From contig JBPPKV010000064.1 in NCBI GenBank assembly GCA_051294905.1, forward strand, positions 1 through 64,000: a DNA stretch of 64,000 nt, in the 5' to 3' direction. Within the stretch, counting starts at the first letter, position 1, and each line of letters opens with the position of its first letter. The notes below the pieces were generated by a model. It ran no database searches. It worked only from the letters and a program-made list of their open reading frames with translations, and had not been told where the DNA came from. The position numbers and the translations under genes are program-made. Shown in pieces: positions 23,901 to 37,245 of the stretch. The stretch is from Botryllus schlosseri (Eukaryota).

Positions 23901-25278
23901 TTCAGATAGCTAGCAAAATGTAATGACGTAATCATGCCTCATACTTTGAAAAGGCAACTTGACTTGAATTTTGACTTGACTCATGACTTGACGACTAGGC
24001 TTGACTTGACTCGACTGGAGTCACCTCCAAAAATCGAGTGACTTGACTTGATTCGAGTCACCATCGAAAATCGATTGACTAGACTTGACTCGAGTCAAAA
24101 TGTGCCATGACTCGAAATAACTCGTGACTCGAAGGTAGTGACTGGATCCCAACACTGGCCGAGCGCGAAAAATATTTCCAGTTTATTGCAGCTTCGTAAC
24201 CCTGTCAGATGCTTTCATGCCCCCCAAGGGGCCGCGTCCGACAGTTTGAGAACTACTGCTCTAGTGCTCTATATTAAATCTCAATGTTCTACTCTTATAG
24301 CTTCGCTATTACAGATTGGAATTGAGCCAAATTTTATGATATTTGCCAGTAAAGTTTAAAAAATAGTTATCTTTGGTCAACCATAGTGTACCTGTTTGAT
24401 GCGGGTGTGATCAGACTGGTTAACCTCCAAGGTCGTATCGTTTATTCCTATCCGATATTGAACACTGTGCAGTGTGCATGCGTACTTTTGTGCATCATTA
24501 TTGTTGCCGTCTGTCTGGTCTGCATATCGGTTAGTCAGTGACTCCCAACCTTTTTTGACTAATCGCCCCTTATCACAAATATTTACAGGTCCGAAAAAGA
24601 GGACATAGGCCTAGAAGCGGGAAAATTATTCGCCTAAGTCTGATCGCTGGTGAATTTACTGAAAAGGGTCATTTTTCTGAGGTGGTAGGTGCTCGGAAAA
24701 CCGGTTTCCGCGTCTACTTTCCATTAAGCTGATCGCGTCATACAGAATAAGCCGTATCCGCATGTATTTTTGAACATGTTGATAAAATACATCTCACTGG
24801 AAGTTCTAACATTTTGGCCCTCACTCACACCCTGGGGACGTTATCACCCACGTTGGGAACCACTGGGTTAGCTGAAAATACCGACTCTCTCTCTCTCCAT
24901 TCAGACTTGGACTTGAGACTCGTCCATGCATACAGTCCATCATGGAGTGATGAGGTGCACGAGGAAGTTCATGAGGAGCCGGCAATCAGGCAACACCGAA
25001 ATACATCACCCAAACGAGTAAGTTCATACCAGGGTTACTGTCCGTAAAATAACCATGATTGATATTTACTTTTGCTAAACGGTGCTAACTTCTCAGATCA
25101 CAACGTGCTCCGGCATGGGAGAACCAGAAGATAATGACAGACATAACATAGTTGAAAGTAAGAATATCTCATTGAAACCGTCTTTCTGTTACACTCCATC
25201 TCAATATTTTGCTTCTGCAGTAATCGACCTGACAAGTGATACATCGTCTTGCGAAGATGAGACAGATTCAAGACAGAC
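11996..25278 (+). CDS. Partial multi-exon gene of an unidentified, probably disordered protein with SIM-like and NLS-like motifs
   Basis: Six GT-AG exons join in one open frame: 11996-12101, 21042-21145, 22147-22240, 24905-25017, 25097-25157, 25221-25278. Peptide includes PTPAKRRRK and NIVEIIDLTSDTSSCEDE. A possible next exon, 28848-28939, is phase-compatible. Start and stop were not found. Confidence 0.6.
13227..13545 (+). mobile_element. tRNA-derived SINE family A, MetaSINE-like
   Basis: A-box tagcgtaatgg and B-box ggttcgattcc, followed by gtcagaccaaagac...ggtatccatggcttccctgcttggcgctca, which resembles the Meta central domain as I recall it. Fragments at 56405-56470 (head, -), 57420-57495 (tail, +) and ~30395-30440 (tail, -). 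Confidence 0.75.
15227..17389 (+). repeat. Tandem two-unit duplication with shared head and tail and unrelated middles
   Basis: Head 15227-15364 = 16383-16520 (138 bp). Tail 15775-16383 = 16783-17389 (~608 bp, near identical). Middles 15365-15774 and 16521-16782 are unrelated. About 100 bp of the tail is also present inverted at ~15131-15230. Confidence 0.92.
17406..17873 (+). CDS. Bcl-2 family protein, Mcl-1-like, single exon, no GGW/TM tail
   Basis: BH4-like LTRNFIMYEL, BH3 TLRRVGDEM, BH1 ENWGRIVSLFVVG, partial BH2 LKWIMKFW. Good start context (aagcATGg). Confidence 0.85.
   Translation: MELSRVSPSVTEEKYEIISEAYSLTRNFIMYELDGSCVKVNTKAERTLRRVGDEMFERHRTVLNAVSKRLRYGDVEVNEKYKEYLPDERMFLMIADEIYKDTKENWGRIVSLFVVGSILARKNEDEHHGDHIEAIIQTVGNYIASRRLKWIMKFW
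18335..20273. mobile_element. Non-autonomous hAT element with internal ~195-220 bp tandem array
   Basis: TIR cagtggcggctcgt / acgagccgccactg; perfect TSD tacataac at 18327-18334 and 20274-20281. Confidence 0.9.
21291..21412 (+). repeat. 61-bp tandem duplication containing a (GA)n tract
   Basis: actctaaagagagagagagagatcagacttatattcgtctgtaccatcaggt(g/a)ctttgacc occurs twice. Confidence 0.9.
22470..22705 (+). mobile_element. 5'-truncated retroelement 3' end with (TTGA)n tail
   Basis: A reverse-complement copy lies at ~29131-29380 with the same tail. The sequence is absent from the paralogous intron at ~12.3 kb. Confidence 0.55.
23004..24258. mobile_element. Nested hAT-like MITEs: outer cagtggttctcaaac element containing a 'gactcgagtc'-rich element at 23219-24157
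   Basis: Outer TIRs cagtggttctcaaac / gtttgagaactactg. Inner TIRs cagtgttgggat / atcccaacactg, homologous to 44451-45410. TSDs are only partial. Confidence 0.75.
24536..24865. mobile_element. hAT-like MITE
   Basis: cagtgactcccaacc / gttgggaaccactg ends with a near-TSD (ggttag). The paralogous site at ~21010 is empty. Confidence 0.7.
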
Positions 25279-27854
25279 GTGAGTTTGCTTTACTAGGCGA
25301 TAAAGTTGTGATCAGAGCCCAATGATATCTGGCTCTAGCATAATTTCGGTATTGGGTCTACTGTCGTCAATATTTGTGGGCTTGTCCAATGATTTCGTCA
25401 CTCGCGCAACTATTTCAATGGAAAGGATCTTTAGTATTGGTGGCGTGATTTATCTGGACCCCGTATAGGAGCTTTCTTCTTGGTAAAAATGTTAAAACTT
25501 TGTGCTTCCTGAAATCATACATACAACTCTCATGCTCAGAAATAGATTGATTGTACATGAAACAAGTTATGTCGGATATATATTTCAAATTAGTTCCACT
25601 AATCATTATAAGTTCTCGTTGAAAAATGTCACACGTTTATTGTTTTTAATATTGCAAGTGACTTTGAGCGTGTGTTCAAAAGGGTAGTTCAAAAATAAGA
25701 TTTTCCTTGTAATTTTACTTGCTATTCGATAAATTTGTTATTTTGGTTAAGAAAAACTCTGCACACCAGGTTTGACTCAATTTCAGCCTGTAGCAGCTAA
25801 GCTATCAGAGTTGAAAAAATTGTATATATTATAACATATGAAAGTATTTTTGCAAATTTCACTATTGGAGTAGAAAGTTTTGAATGTGAAGGCATAGTAT
25901 TTAAGATGGGCGGTTCTAAAATAAAATTAATTGAAGAATTTCCCAAATTAGATCTTTTTTACACCATCCTTCGTTTCCATGGGTTGGAATTGAGCCACAT
26001 TTTTTATGCTTCGTGTTTGAGACAACTTAACAATTTCATGCAGTTACGGAATCATAATAAATAATATCGGCCTGATGTAAATGACCATTAGGGGTGTCAC
26101 AAAACATTTTTTTTCCAATTTTTCTGGCTTCTTGATAAATCTGTTAGGTTGCCCAAAACGACACAACATACCAATTTTGGCTCGATTCTAACCTATAGAA
26201 GCATTCCTAGATAAGAAAAAGGTTTTGGATGTGGAAATACTTGACGACCATCAGATAGCCGGCGAGATACTGTTCCACAATTCAGGCAGTGGTGCGAGTC
26301 GAGTCATGGTGTGACTCGAGACACTTTGCAAAGATGACATGAAACAACTTGACTCGGCGCTTCAGAAATTTGGATTGACTCGTGACTAGGAGCAAAATTG
26401 ACGAGTCAATTTCAAAACATTATGTAAACGATTTCGATTATGTCACCCTGTATTTTGTATGTCTGGATTGTTCGCGAAACGCCGGTGTCACTTGTGAGAG
26501 CAACCAGTCATTCAATGGTTGCATGTTTCACTGATCCTCCATTGTTCCATCACAAATAAATTGACCGCAAACGAAACAATCACAGCTTACGTTTTCATAG
26601 TAGCAGTAGATTTATCTAATAGCAACGTATCTCTGTTTCTTATACGGCTCAGTGCTTACCTTTACCAACACTCTTGTATGATTTAAATCGGCTGAATATA
26701 GTTTATATGCGTTTATATTCTTTATGTTATATTTATATTCTTTATGCGTTTATGTGATGGTAGTGTATTGTATCACATAAATTTGTTCAATTTCTGGAGG
26801 CTTCGTAATCTGTCCTCTATATTGGCTGATCCTGATAATAACAGACTGTAGCACGTAGCTTTACAGTCACTCGCGTATTTTATTAGCAGATCTAAGTGTG
26901 CGGGAGTGATACAACGCTTTTTTGCATGTACAATTGTACATTTAACTTTATATTCGTCTGTCCTTCACCTAGTTAGCAAACTGTACATGTAATGAGTTTG
27001 CATCATCCCTCATACTTCGAAAATTCGATTTGACTTGAATCGTGACTTGGCTTGGCTCGAATCACCTACAAAATATGAGTGACTTGACTTGACTCGAGTC
27101 AAAATGTACAATGACTTGTGACTCGTGACTCATATTTGATAGAACGATGATTTTTCCTGTCGACCATATGATAGTTGAACCAGAACTAGAACAACTCAAT
27201 TTTCGAAATCCGCTACTAAAACGTGAACTAAATCTAGTCAATCTTTAAAACTCGCAACTAGAACTACTCACTTTTCAAAATCTGCAATTAGAACTACACT
27301 GTAAAAGTGACCTTGATTCATCGCAAATTGTTTGGAACCACGGTAGCCAGACACTTTGCATGTATAATGCGCACAATTTTACCGACTTTTTGTCCTAAAA
27401 TCGATGGTTGCGCATTATGCATGGGTAGAATAATGCTTGAAATAAAAAACTTCCTCGAAGTAAAACTTTAGCAAACATGAAGCCATATTGCCCTGTAATT
27501 CATATTATGAGTGCTGGGACTGCTAGGCGCTGCAAATTAACGAGAAGTGTGTTGCCAATTAGCGAGATTCGTCTGCCTGCACAAAAGCACGCGATCTCCT
27601 GCTGAGTTGGTTTGCCATTTGTACGCGAGCGAAATAAGGTAATGGATTGCTGCACGTGCGCGCAATACTCGCTACTTTATCGAGTCAACGACAGGCCAGG
27701 TGCGCAAGATATAATTGCTGGCCTGAGAAATCGCATCTGTAATAAGCCTGGTGCAGAAGGCATCGTCGCCGACCTGAACTATTGCGTCTCTGGCCTCCCA
27801 GGCTTTGGCTCATATCCAAAATGTATCAGAGACGATGCCGTTAAGTGTATAGTC

Positions 27855-28720
27855 CAGGGGTGAGCAAACTACGGCCCTCGGGCCGCATGCGGCCCTCGAC
27901 ACCGTTATGTGCGGCCCGCGAGAGTCTAAAGAAACTTATTAAAAATATTGATAAAATGCGTACTAAAAATCGAATTAATGCACGGACTTGATTAAACTTT
28001 TTCTTAGTTTGGTGAAATATACTAAGACAGTGGTTGTCAAACGGAGGGGCGCGCCCTCCTTGGGGGACGTGAAAGCATCTGAAGGGGGCGCGAAGCTGAG
28101 CTCAACTGAATTTTTTTCGCGCTCGGCGCGATTTACTTTCTATTCTAGGGTATATCCTTCCTATATTACTTTTATGTTCAATTTCTGGCGCGACAACCTG
28201 ATCTCAAGGCCCACGCAGTTTGAAAGGTTTCAACTGTGTCTTAGGTAGTAGATTCGTTCTCTGTATGCGTAGAATTAGGGTATTTATATTTCACCTACAC
28301 ATAGTAGAAGCGTGTTTGAAGCTAACATGGTTATGATGCTGTCAGCATTGTGTGTCCTGGAACTGTACCAAAAGTGGTATTGGTAAATCTATGAACAGAT
28401 CGCTGCTCACAGATTTAAAATTCAACCCTGTTCTAAGAATCGGGACAACCGACTTTCATCTCTATGGATTTGGCAAATTTGTTATTGATGAGGTCGACCA
28501 GCTTACGAAATCTCGCCATCGATCCTGACGCGTGTACGATATCATCAAAGTAATGTCTGGTTTGTTCTAAATAAGCATCCTATTATCTCCATGTCATCAC
28601 TATATAATCATAAATACCAATATTGCGTTTGATGTATAATCCCAATTTTATATCGTGCGGCCCGCGAATGGATGCAGATGTTGAATGCGGCCCGCGAGCT
28701 CAAAAGTTTGCCCACCCCTG
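27855..28720. mobile_element. hAT (Buster/Charlie-type) MITE with a nested second hAT end
   Basis: TIR caggggtgagcaaact / agtttgcccacccctg; gcggcccgcg subterminal motifs; TSD gtatagtc/gtatattc (7/8). Confidence 0.85.
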
Positions 28721-31700
28721 GTATATTCCAATGCAGTGGTTGTCAACCTTTTTTTATACACGCACCCCTTTATGATATTGAAAAATTTCACGCCCCGTTT
28801 ATGATAGTGAAAAGTTTCGCGCCCCCCTTATCGCACTTCTGGTTCAGATTGACAGAGAGCTTCCTAGACCAGCACCCTGCCTGGCACCGTGATTTTGCAG
28901 AAAGCACCCCAATACAGTCAGACCCGGAGGCTCCTGGAGGTAAGGAGGAAATTTCGATGTAATTCTAAATTGTAATCGTTAATAAAGATAATCGTGTACG
29001 GTTTACCACTGCGCGCAATGGTCCGCTTGAATACGTATCGAGGTTGACATTCAACACACATCGTGAAAATGTCATTTATTGGTCTACCAATTCCTTCCTT
29101 ACGAGAAAAAATCCTGTTTTGAAATATTTCAATCAATCAATCAATAGTCAGATTATATTTTCATCCACCCGAGACACACACTCAATGTGACATGCGATAT
29201 TCAAGACACACAATGCGACGTAATGAACAGATAGAGGGATGCTGGACGACCAACCTGTTGAGATCCCATTAACTGGCATCCACCTCGATCTAGTACCCGA
29301 TGTCACGGTCTTCTTTGTTATCCTTCTTCATCGGATCTTTTTGGAAGCTATTTCTTGCTCTTTTTCTTTATCAATAACACTGTTGCCGTACTTGGGAGAC
29401 AGTACAACTTAATTCGTCGAAATAGTAAGATACAGACACCATTTGAGAGGACATATAGATGTCATCAGCATGGACGCTGGCAAGTTATAATTATGCAGCT
29501 ATCGTACATTTGACGCTCCCCAGAATATCTGAAATTCAACAAATATCGATCTGGTATCACAGCATTTGAGCGATGTAGCCTTATTACGGGTTTCACGTAT
29601 GCTCCTGATAAGTAGGCAATTGATCATGCCACCGCCCAAGTCATATTAAAACACCATTAGATTCACCTTCTAATAGTGGAACAGATAAACTCCTTCTCGG
29701 AAGTTAGCCTTTCACCCGAGTCATTTTCATAATATCACTTAGCCAGTCCGAGTCATTCTTCAAAAGGTCACGCTCGAGTCCAAGTCAAAATTTTCAGTAT
29801 CATTTACTGGTCTTGCTTGTTCATCGTGATCGATCGATCAGTTACAAAATAAATTTTCAACATTTGCACCCAGTGTGATGTCAATATGCTCATCGCCATA
29901 GGCGTCGACTTACCAGACGGCCACCTCGTACCAATTGTTCATGCGACTCAGTAATTTGTAACTAACAGACGAATCGACGCGACCTTGTTAGATACTGATT
30001 ACATGCACGCTTTCTCGTTTGCAATCATCTTAATTTCTTGTGGTCTGCTTGCTACAGTCCTCTTCTTGAATTATCGCTCAATGTCATTTGTCAGTGTTTC
30101 ATATGATATGAACACGTAGCATTGTGTACGGTATAGAGTTTCGTTGTCAAACAATGATGCACCACAAGACGGCACAATTGTGAATTTATTCGATTCTTTT
30201 GAACGGGCATCCTATATTCCAATAAACTTGATTGCTGGTCGGACTTGTATCCAGAGCAATAATATCGAATCACATACTATTGGACATTTGGTAGACAGTG
30301 GGTTTCTATTGATAAGATCGCGGCGTGCGCCTGGATTTGGAATTACTTCTAGCCCATATTCGTTACATTAAGTAGAAAATAGGACATGATATGTTTTGCC
30401 CTTGATGTTTTTGCGGCATATACACACCGATATACTCAAAAAATGCTTTGTGAACGTAAATCGGCAAATTTGAGAATGCCGCGAAATTCGCTGTTTTAAT
30501 CTGCACACAATTGCCGCAATGCGAGCTGCTCAACGCGAAGTCAGAAACCCGTTTTGTTTGCCATATATTAAAGTTCTGTATCTGTACCCCCAAGAAGCTG
30601 TTCAAACACGAAAGCGCGCAACCAATCAGTAATTGTCTAATCTGTCGAACAGACTATAAAAAACATGATTGTGTTGAGGCTTTTGCTTTATTTCTTTGGA
30701 ACATAAGGTGCAAAACGATCAAGGATCTAGTAGATCTTAAAATCTGTTCTGTACTCCTATCCAAAATACAGCGTATTTTTCGCGAGTGAAAAATGCTTGC
30801 TGGCAGAAAACGTTTTTGAGAGCTGACACAAATGTCCCGCGAGGCTCCAGTTTGTCGAAAGGATGAATAACCGGCATGTTTGTGTTGAGGCTTTTGTCTT
30901 ATGTCTTTGGAACATAAGGTACAAAACGATCAAGGAGAGTAGGCACATTAGAGCTCGCTACCTGATGATACGTTGATACAACTTCTGTCTCGCAAGTTTA
31001 TGATAAGAGCAAATATTAAGTTGTGAAGCAGGCTGAGAACTTGCGCATGCAAACGATCAAAATATCGACAGTGATGTCACGTGACTGTGTTGCTTTTACA
31101 GCTCATGATCAAAACGGACCAGTCCATGAACGACTTTGATCAACAATTCGAGACTTGTTTTGCCTCACAATTCCTCAACCAGTTCGAACTTCAGTGAATG
31201 GAAACTTTGTGACACTAGTCGACAATTCTGTCCCGATTCGCTCAAGGATGTTGAATGCAGAGTAATATCTTGCGAATACATGACACTTTGTGAATATCTA
31301 TTTTTTTCAAAGTTCGTGATGTAGTTCGTTGCGCAATAAACACTGCCCGAGAATGATTGTACTGGTGGTTAATTGTTGATTGCGTAGGATTGTATTGGGC
31401 TCATGAGCAGAGACGGTCGATTACGAGTAACAACTTACTTAGATCTCAGAGTAGGTAAAGACATCACGGGTATTCTAGGCCTGGATTAGCATGAAAAGCG
31501 GCAGCTGTTGAGATAAGTCATGGCTCGTGGACATTCATATCTGTATTGAATTTGGGTTGAGGTGGATATTGTCATTGATTTGTTACTACCATTCTAGTCT
31601 CACTTTTCGCAATGGTTCCTTGTCAGCAATATCGTCAGATGGATATATAGCCCTTGTGAAAATTGAAAACCCATGTTTTTTCTGACTTCGCATAAGCCAA

Positions 31701-32202
31701 GATACCTTCAGCTGTGAAAAACTGGAACATGATTTTGTGATAAAATTGTTGAGTCTTGTTCGACTCATTTCTCATATTGGATTGTGCTCTCGCGATTATT
31801 ATCAACGGTCAGTCGGTCATTGGCCATGATAATGTGAAAGCGTCGGAGAACAAGGCGTGTCGCTAACAATAGAACTCCTTGTTTTTTACTGGGAAGTATG
31901 ATAATAACTTATGAATTGTGTCTAATCGAGGTGGCATGGAAACTGCAAATAAAGAAACCATACATAAGGTAAGATGGTTGTTCATAAAAACCACCAACCT
32001 TAGAATGACTTGCTTATTTTATTTCAGGTATATATCGACACCTTTAATAGGCATATACTGAATGATATAGTTCGATATTACGCGGAAAATGTCGAGTATA
32101 TAGACAGCAGGCTTAGTTTCATCTTTACCTTCACACTAATTGCGATGTTTGCGTGATTCGTATCGCAGTTTAATTTATTAGAACTAGTTCGGAAAAAGTA
32201 AG

Positions 32203-32436
32203 ATGCCTATTCAGTTCTATTACAACGCCGCAAGCCCTCCTTCCAGAGCTGTGTGGATGCTGTTGGAGGAAATGGGAATCGAGTACGAAGCACATGTCGT
32301 CGATTTAGCTAGTGGCGAACACAAGCAAGCTGATTATAAAAAAATGAATCCGCTATCTCATAAGTGCCGGCGATTGTGGATGGAAACTTCAAACTTTGGG
32401 AAACGTAACACGGAGGCTATTTTTGTGTATCTGTGA
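32203..32436 (+). pseudogene. Glutathione S-transferase (theta/delta-like) N-terminal domain, frameshifted
   Basis: MPIQFYYNAASPPSRAVWMLLEEMGIEYEAHVVDLASGEHKQADYKKMNPL, then in a shifted frame VPAIVDGNFKLWE, then EAIFVYL-stop back in the original frame. No C-terminal exons recognised. Confidence 0.8.
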
Positions 32437-33579
32437 CGTTTTTTTGTTTCCATATCTAAATGGAAAATAAGTAGGGATTCCATTTTTAATTAAGTTAAAA
32501 GTCCATCGCGTCTTAATACATTCTACCCGTTTTATTGCTGTATTTGGTGGCCAAGGTGGCAGTTTGATCGATGGACTACGCTTAAATTGCTTCGCCTCCT
32601 CCCTTTTTTACTGTAGGCCTATTGTAAATGGTTATAAAATTATTTCGATACCTAAAGAAAAACGGTTATTGCCGATCTGGCATTTCACCTAAAATTAGAT
32701 AACGTTACCATGTTCAGAACATTTTAGCTTAGCCTACTGAAACATTGTAGGTAGTAGGTACAGGGGAAAATGTACTGTTGATAATTTGACTACATGCTAT
32801 ACTAGGGTTTACCATACTATTTTTAAAGTGTCCTATGAGGACGCCCAAATGTCATATTTTTTGAGATTTTGTCCTCTTTTTGGGAATTTTGGTTAAATGT
32901 AGGGTAAAATTACACTGAGATACAGTAAATCGGCACTAATTAATTCAGCAACTGCGATTAATTAGTGTTCCCCATGAACATACCGACACGTATGGTGTTT
33001 TGTCGGATTGAAACACTTTTTATTATTTCAGCTATTCTCACTACACCCGGACATTTCTCGCAGTTGACATGACAATTTCTGGCGTATATCTCGTCGATTG
33101 AGTGGCCGTTGGTGTGATCTTGAGAACAGAATCGGATAGCTACATTTTAAACTCAAATTAACGTTCTTTGAAATTTAAACTCCGGACATATTCAATATTT
33201 TATAGGTCATTTACAATTGCTATATAACGCATACGTTACGTATTCGTATACGCGGATTGACCTCGTACGGTGTACGAAATGATTCTCTCGCACACATACA
33301 ACGCTAAAATTATAGAAAATACAAGAAATATATGTGGTACTTATCAAGCACCGTGAAACAGTGATATAGTCATTATGGCTGTATGGGGAAGACTGTCTCA
33401 ATCTTTATTCAACAGCCACCCCTGCGTCATCATAGTCAGTACGAATTAGCCTACTTCCACTTTTTCATTGTTGTCAATGAGGCATCGCGAGCACTTGCGC
33501 TACTTGCTCAAGTGGCTCTGTTATTACTACTTCCACTCATGTTTTTTTGTGTTATTCATAATGTCTGTCGACAGCTATG

Positions 33580-33750
33580 GTTATTTACACCAGGCCGATA
33601 TTCTTCATGTTTTGTTCCGCACGGCCCACTTCTAGACTTTTTGTAAGACACCACTAACGATTAGGAATTCTCAAGTCGACCTCGGTAGGACTCGAACCAG
33701 CACCTTTTCATGCTGCAGCCGCGGATTATACCACTGCGCTATTTCGCCAC
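33580..33750 (-). mobile_element. tRNA-derived SINE family B, copy with head
   Basis: Minus strand reads ggcgaaatagcgcagtggtataatcc...ggttcgagtcctacc (A and B boxes), followed by the family B body. Confidence 0.75.
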
Positions 33751-36700
33751 TCATGTAATTTACAGCCACACTACTTTTACTTGACACACTTTGTATTTTG
33801 AAAAGTAAAGCGTAGTTTTAAGTTCAGTCACTGTTTCGATCCTGATCAACCATATTCAGTTTTTATAACTACAGCACTTTTGGGGTATTTCAATATCTGC
33901 CTCTGCAAGACGTTTCGAGATGTCTTTAGCATCGCTAATTGCGCCCGTAATCCGATGAAGAGGTACTTCGTGAATTCCAATTCAAACCGAGTAGCAAGGT
34001 CAGACTATTTTTGACCTTACCTGTGACACCTTACTGAGTGAACTTTTACTGTGACGCCGACTACCGCAATAACTCAATCCGACACATGATCTATTATGAT
34101 AAATAGCATTAACTGGCTTTACAGAAGAAATGTTTCCCTGACAAAGCCACACTGGATTTATACACACACACAACGATCCGAAGTCATTTTACACAAAGTC
34201 AATCAAATAATATCCATCCGGTTCGGATTCAGAATATTGCAACGAACAATGCATTCATTGGTTAACTCTAAGTTCAAAAAAGAGTAAGCTGCAAAGCTTA
34301 GAGCGACGCAATTTGCGAATAGAAATATACTGCTCGTCGTATTAAGCGTTGCACGAATCATCTTCGCATCTTCAAACATGAACCTTCGCAAGATTGCATC
34401 CGTATTTTTGTAGCAGTTTGAATTTGGAGGTGGTGAAGTGACGTTCTCAGTCGATGTACATCACGGGTTCCTATCATAGGACACAGAATGACTATGGTGT
34501 GGTCCATGATGATGAAAACATACATGGTAGTAGCAGATGAGGTACTCAAACTAGGTCCCATGGTAAGGGACAGTGTAAATTTCGAATCAACTACTAGTAA
34601 AAGCAGAAAGTTTAAGTAGAAGTAATGCCACATATTTATACTGAGTTACAACTTGGTAGGATGAGGTCATCAAATTAGTCAGTGTTGCTATGTAAGTAGA
34701 AATAACACCATAAATTTACAGTCAATTAGAATTGAAAATAGAAGGTGAGTTGAGCAGTCAGTGATGTTACAGATAAAGTAACCTCATAAATTTCTAATCA
34801 ACTGCAAGTCAAAGTAACGGTTTCAACGACAGAAACTACTTGAAGTGAAGATATATGGCTGAGGTAGTCAGTGATGCTACTCGAGTAGAAGTCTAGACTT
34901 TAGTAGAACCATTTCATAAATATTTCAGTCAAGTCACACAAATAAATGTAGACTTGAGCCGAGTCCAATCAAGTCGTTTGATCAATTTCCATGTCCAGTC
35001 ACACTTTAGTCAAGCCATTTGATAAATTTTCAATTCAAGTACAATAAAATGATTCCACTAACTTTGATCTAATGCTCGCACATGTAGTTGCAGAAATATT
35101 TGTGCGAGGTTTCTTACTCGGTTTGCGTGCTTGGGCACTGTGCAGTAAGACTCTGTCATGTCTCTGTCAATGTATTCAACTTGCACATCGTTTGCATACA
35201 GAAGTATCAGTGTGCTAACGTTAAAAAGTACGCTGCTGCTGCTGCTGTTGTCACATAAATGGTAACCTGAAATTTGAAGGAAATCATATTTTTGCAGCTA
35301 TTTACAATATACTCTTAATCAGAGATTGTCAGAAGTACTCTTTCTTCGTCAAAGTACTCAAGAAGGTTTCGTTTACTTGCAATACTTACTCAAGTAGTAA
35401 TGATTGTAGACAAATGCCATTTTTCCATCACAATTTTCAGTTCTCAATCCAAAACTACGCCTGGAGTATCGACCTTTTAACCTACTTGGTAATCCCTACT
35501 ATTAGCTTTACTTGAGTGTAAAGTTACGTCGTTACTTCTACTTGAGTACCGGTGATGACTACTTTGACCACCTCTACTCTCAATTGGTTTATTCAAACAT
35601 AAAAGACACTTTCTGGTTTGATTTGTCATAAGTTATATGACTTCGTTGAGTCATGTGCAGTGACTCGAGTCGAGTCATGACTAAGTCATTACGACCCTGG
35701 TTTGGCTCAAAGATCAAATATTGGTTGTGCTCTCATCGTAACTAGGGCTGGCCGTAATGGTCCAAGTACTGTAATTTGAAATGAGTATTTATTCCAATGA
35801 TTCCAGTCGACAAGTGAGGGATGATTCTCTCTATTACTGAAATGATACTCAAGACTCAAGGACTGGATTTGGCCCATTCCTACCCATATTAAAGACGTGT
35901 AAAAATCTCACTTTTGAAACTTGGCTCCATTGGACTGTCCGATATTGTGGGAGTGATCGCCAAGCAGGTGGTCGGCAGTTGTTGTGGAATGTAGCCTAAC
36001 TGGACAGCGCTTGCTTCACAGTAGTTCATTGTGATGGGTCAATAGACAACAAACTGTGAAAATCATAGTAGGTCATTGCACATTTTGAATCGAGTCAAGT
36101 TACTCGATTTTCTTGAGGCAAGTCAAGTGACTCGATCTGTTATTGTGACTCGAGTCAAGTCAAGACACTTGACAAAGTTGACGTGGTCATCCCAATACGG
36201 AGGAGCACATTAGGAAAAAAGGCAAAAGAGTTATAACAGACCTTTTGACACGATCACAAGCTGATGGTGATTATTTTGTGGAAAATTCTCAAAACGTCGT
36301 GCCGTCACATGAGGTGATACTCGAATACTCAACTTAAAGCCTAATACTCGGATCAGGATGGAATCAGTCAGGTACTTGATTTAGCTAAACCGTACAATCT
36401 ACATTTAAGACCCTTGCGACCTCCTTTTATAAAAAATCGTATGCAATGGTGCAATTGATGCAACGTACTCACAAAACAGAACCCAGCGACAAGGTGTCCA
36501 CTTCGAAAGTATGTGCATTCTTGCCGAAAACTTCCGGGTCATTAATAGTTGGGACTGCCGTAGAGTGTATTCATTATGTGGCTGTTACAGTCGACCTTGG
36601 TGGCTCAACTGCAATTTTCCAACTTCACATCCATATTGTACGGAAATAGCTTTTTCAGCTGTCAATACAAATTTCACGTCGAGTTACGCAAGTATATAGA

Positions 36701-37245
36701 GTTTACCAAACCACCCATCCAGGTGAATGATGGCGAACTAGAGTAACTGCTGCTTTTTTGAGTAGTTCTAGTTTTAGTTGTACAATTACATATTTTGAAA
36801 GTAACCAGTTCTAGTTCGAGTTGTGCATTTTACTAAAAATGCAGTCGCCGAACAACTTGAAAATGCATGGCATCATGACGCTGGTGTTCTGTTGTGCGAT
36901 GATCTTGTGGACATTGGTATCTCAGAGTCATCACTACCAGAAGACAGTCATATAACCAGGAGCAGTTTGACAGGGTCAAAACCCCTCCCGTCTGAAACCC
37001 AAAACCCTCTCTGTTTATAATGCCGATTCTATCTCCAATATTTCTTAGCTCATTCGTAATTCAGAAATTAAAATATCAATGAATACTTGGCTATATTTTA
37101 GTTAGTTAGTTGCGGATTTTTATCGCTTGTTGATTCTAGTGTGAGTTATGAGTTTTTAAAACTGATTAGTTCTAGTTGTAGTTGCACATATTGAAAATCC
37201 AGCAGTTTGCACTAGTCTGGAACCACCACAAAACAATGTTACCTT

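Noticed and set aside
30633-30680. CLICRTDY as the start of a RING finger for the SIM-containing gene
   Set aside because: The remaining Cys/His ligands and splice sites are absent, and the region overlaps a minus-strand repeat fragment.
34096-37020. Scattered protein-like minus-strand fragments (e.g. 34203-34633, ~35900-35990)
   Set aside because: I could not join them into a frame-consistent gene or recognise a family.
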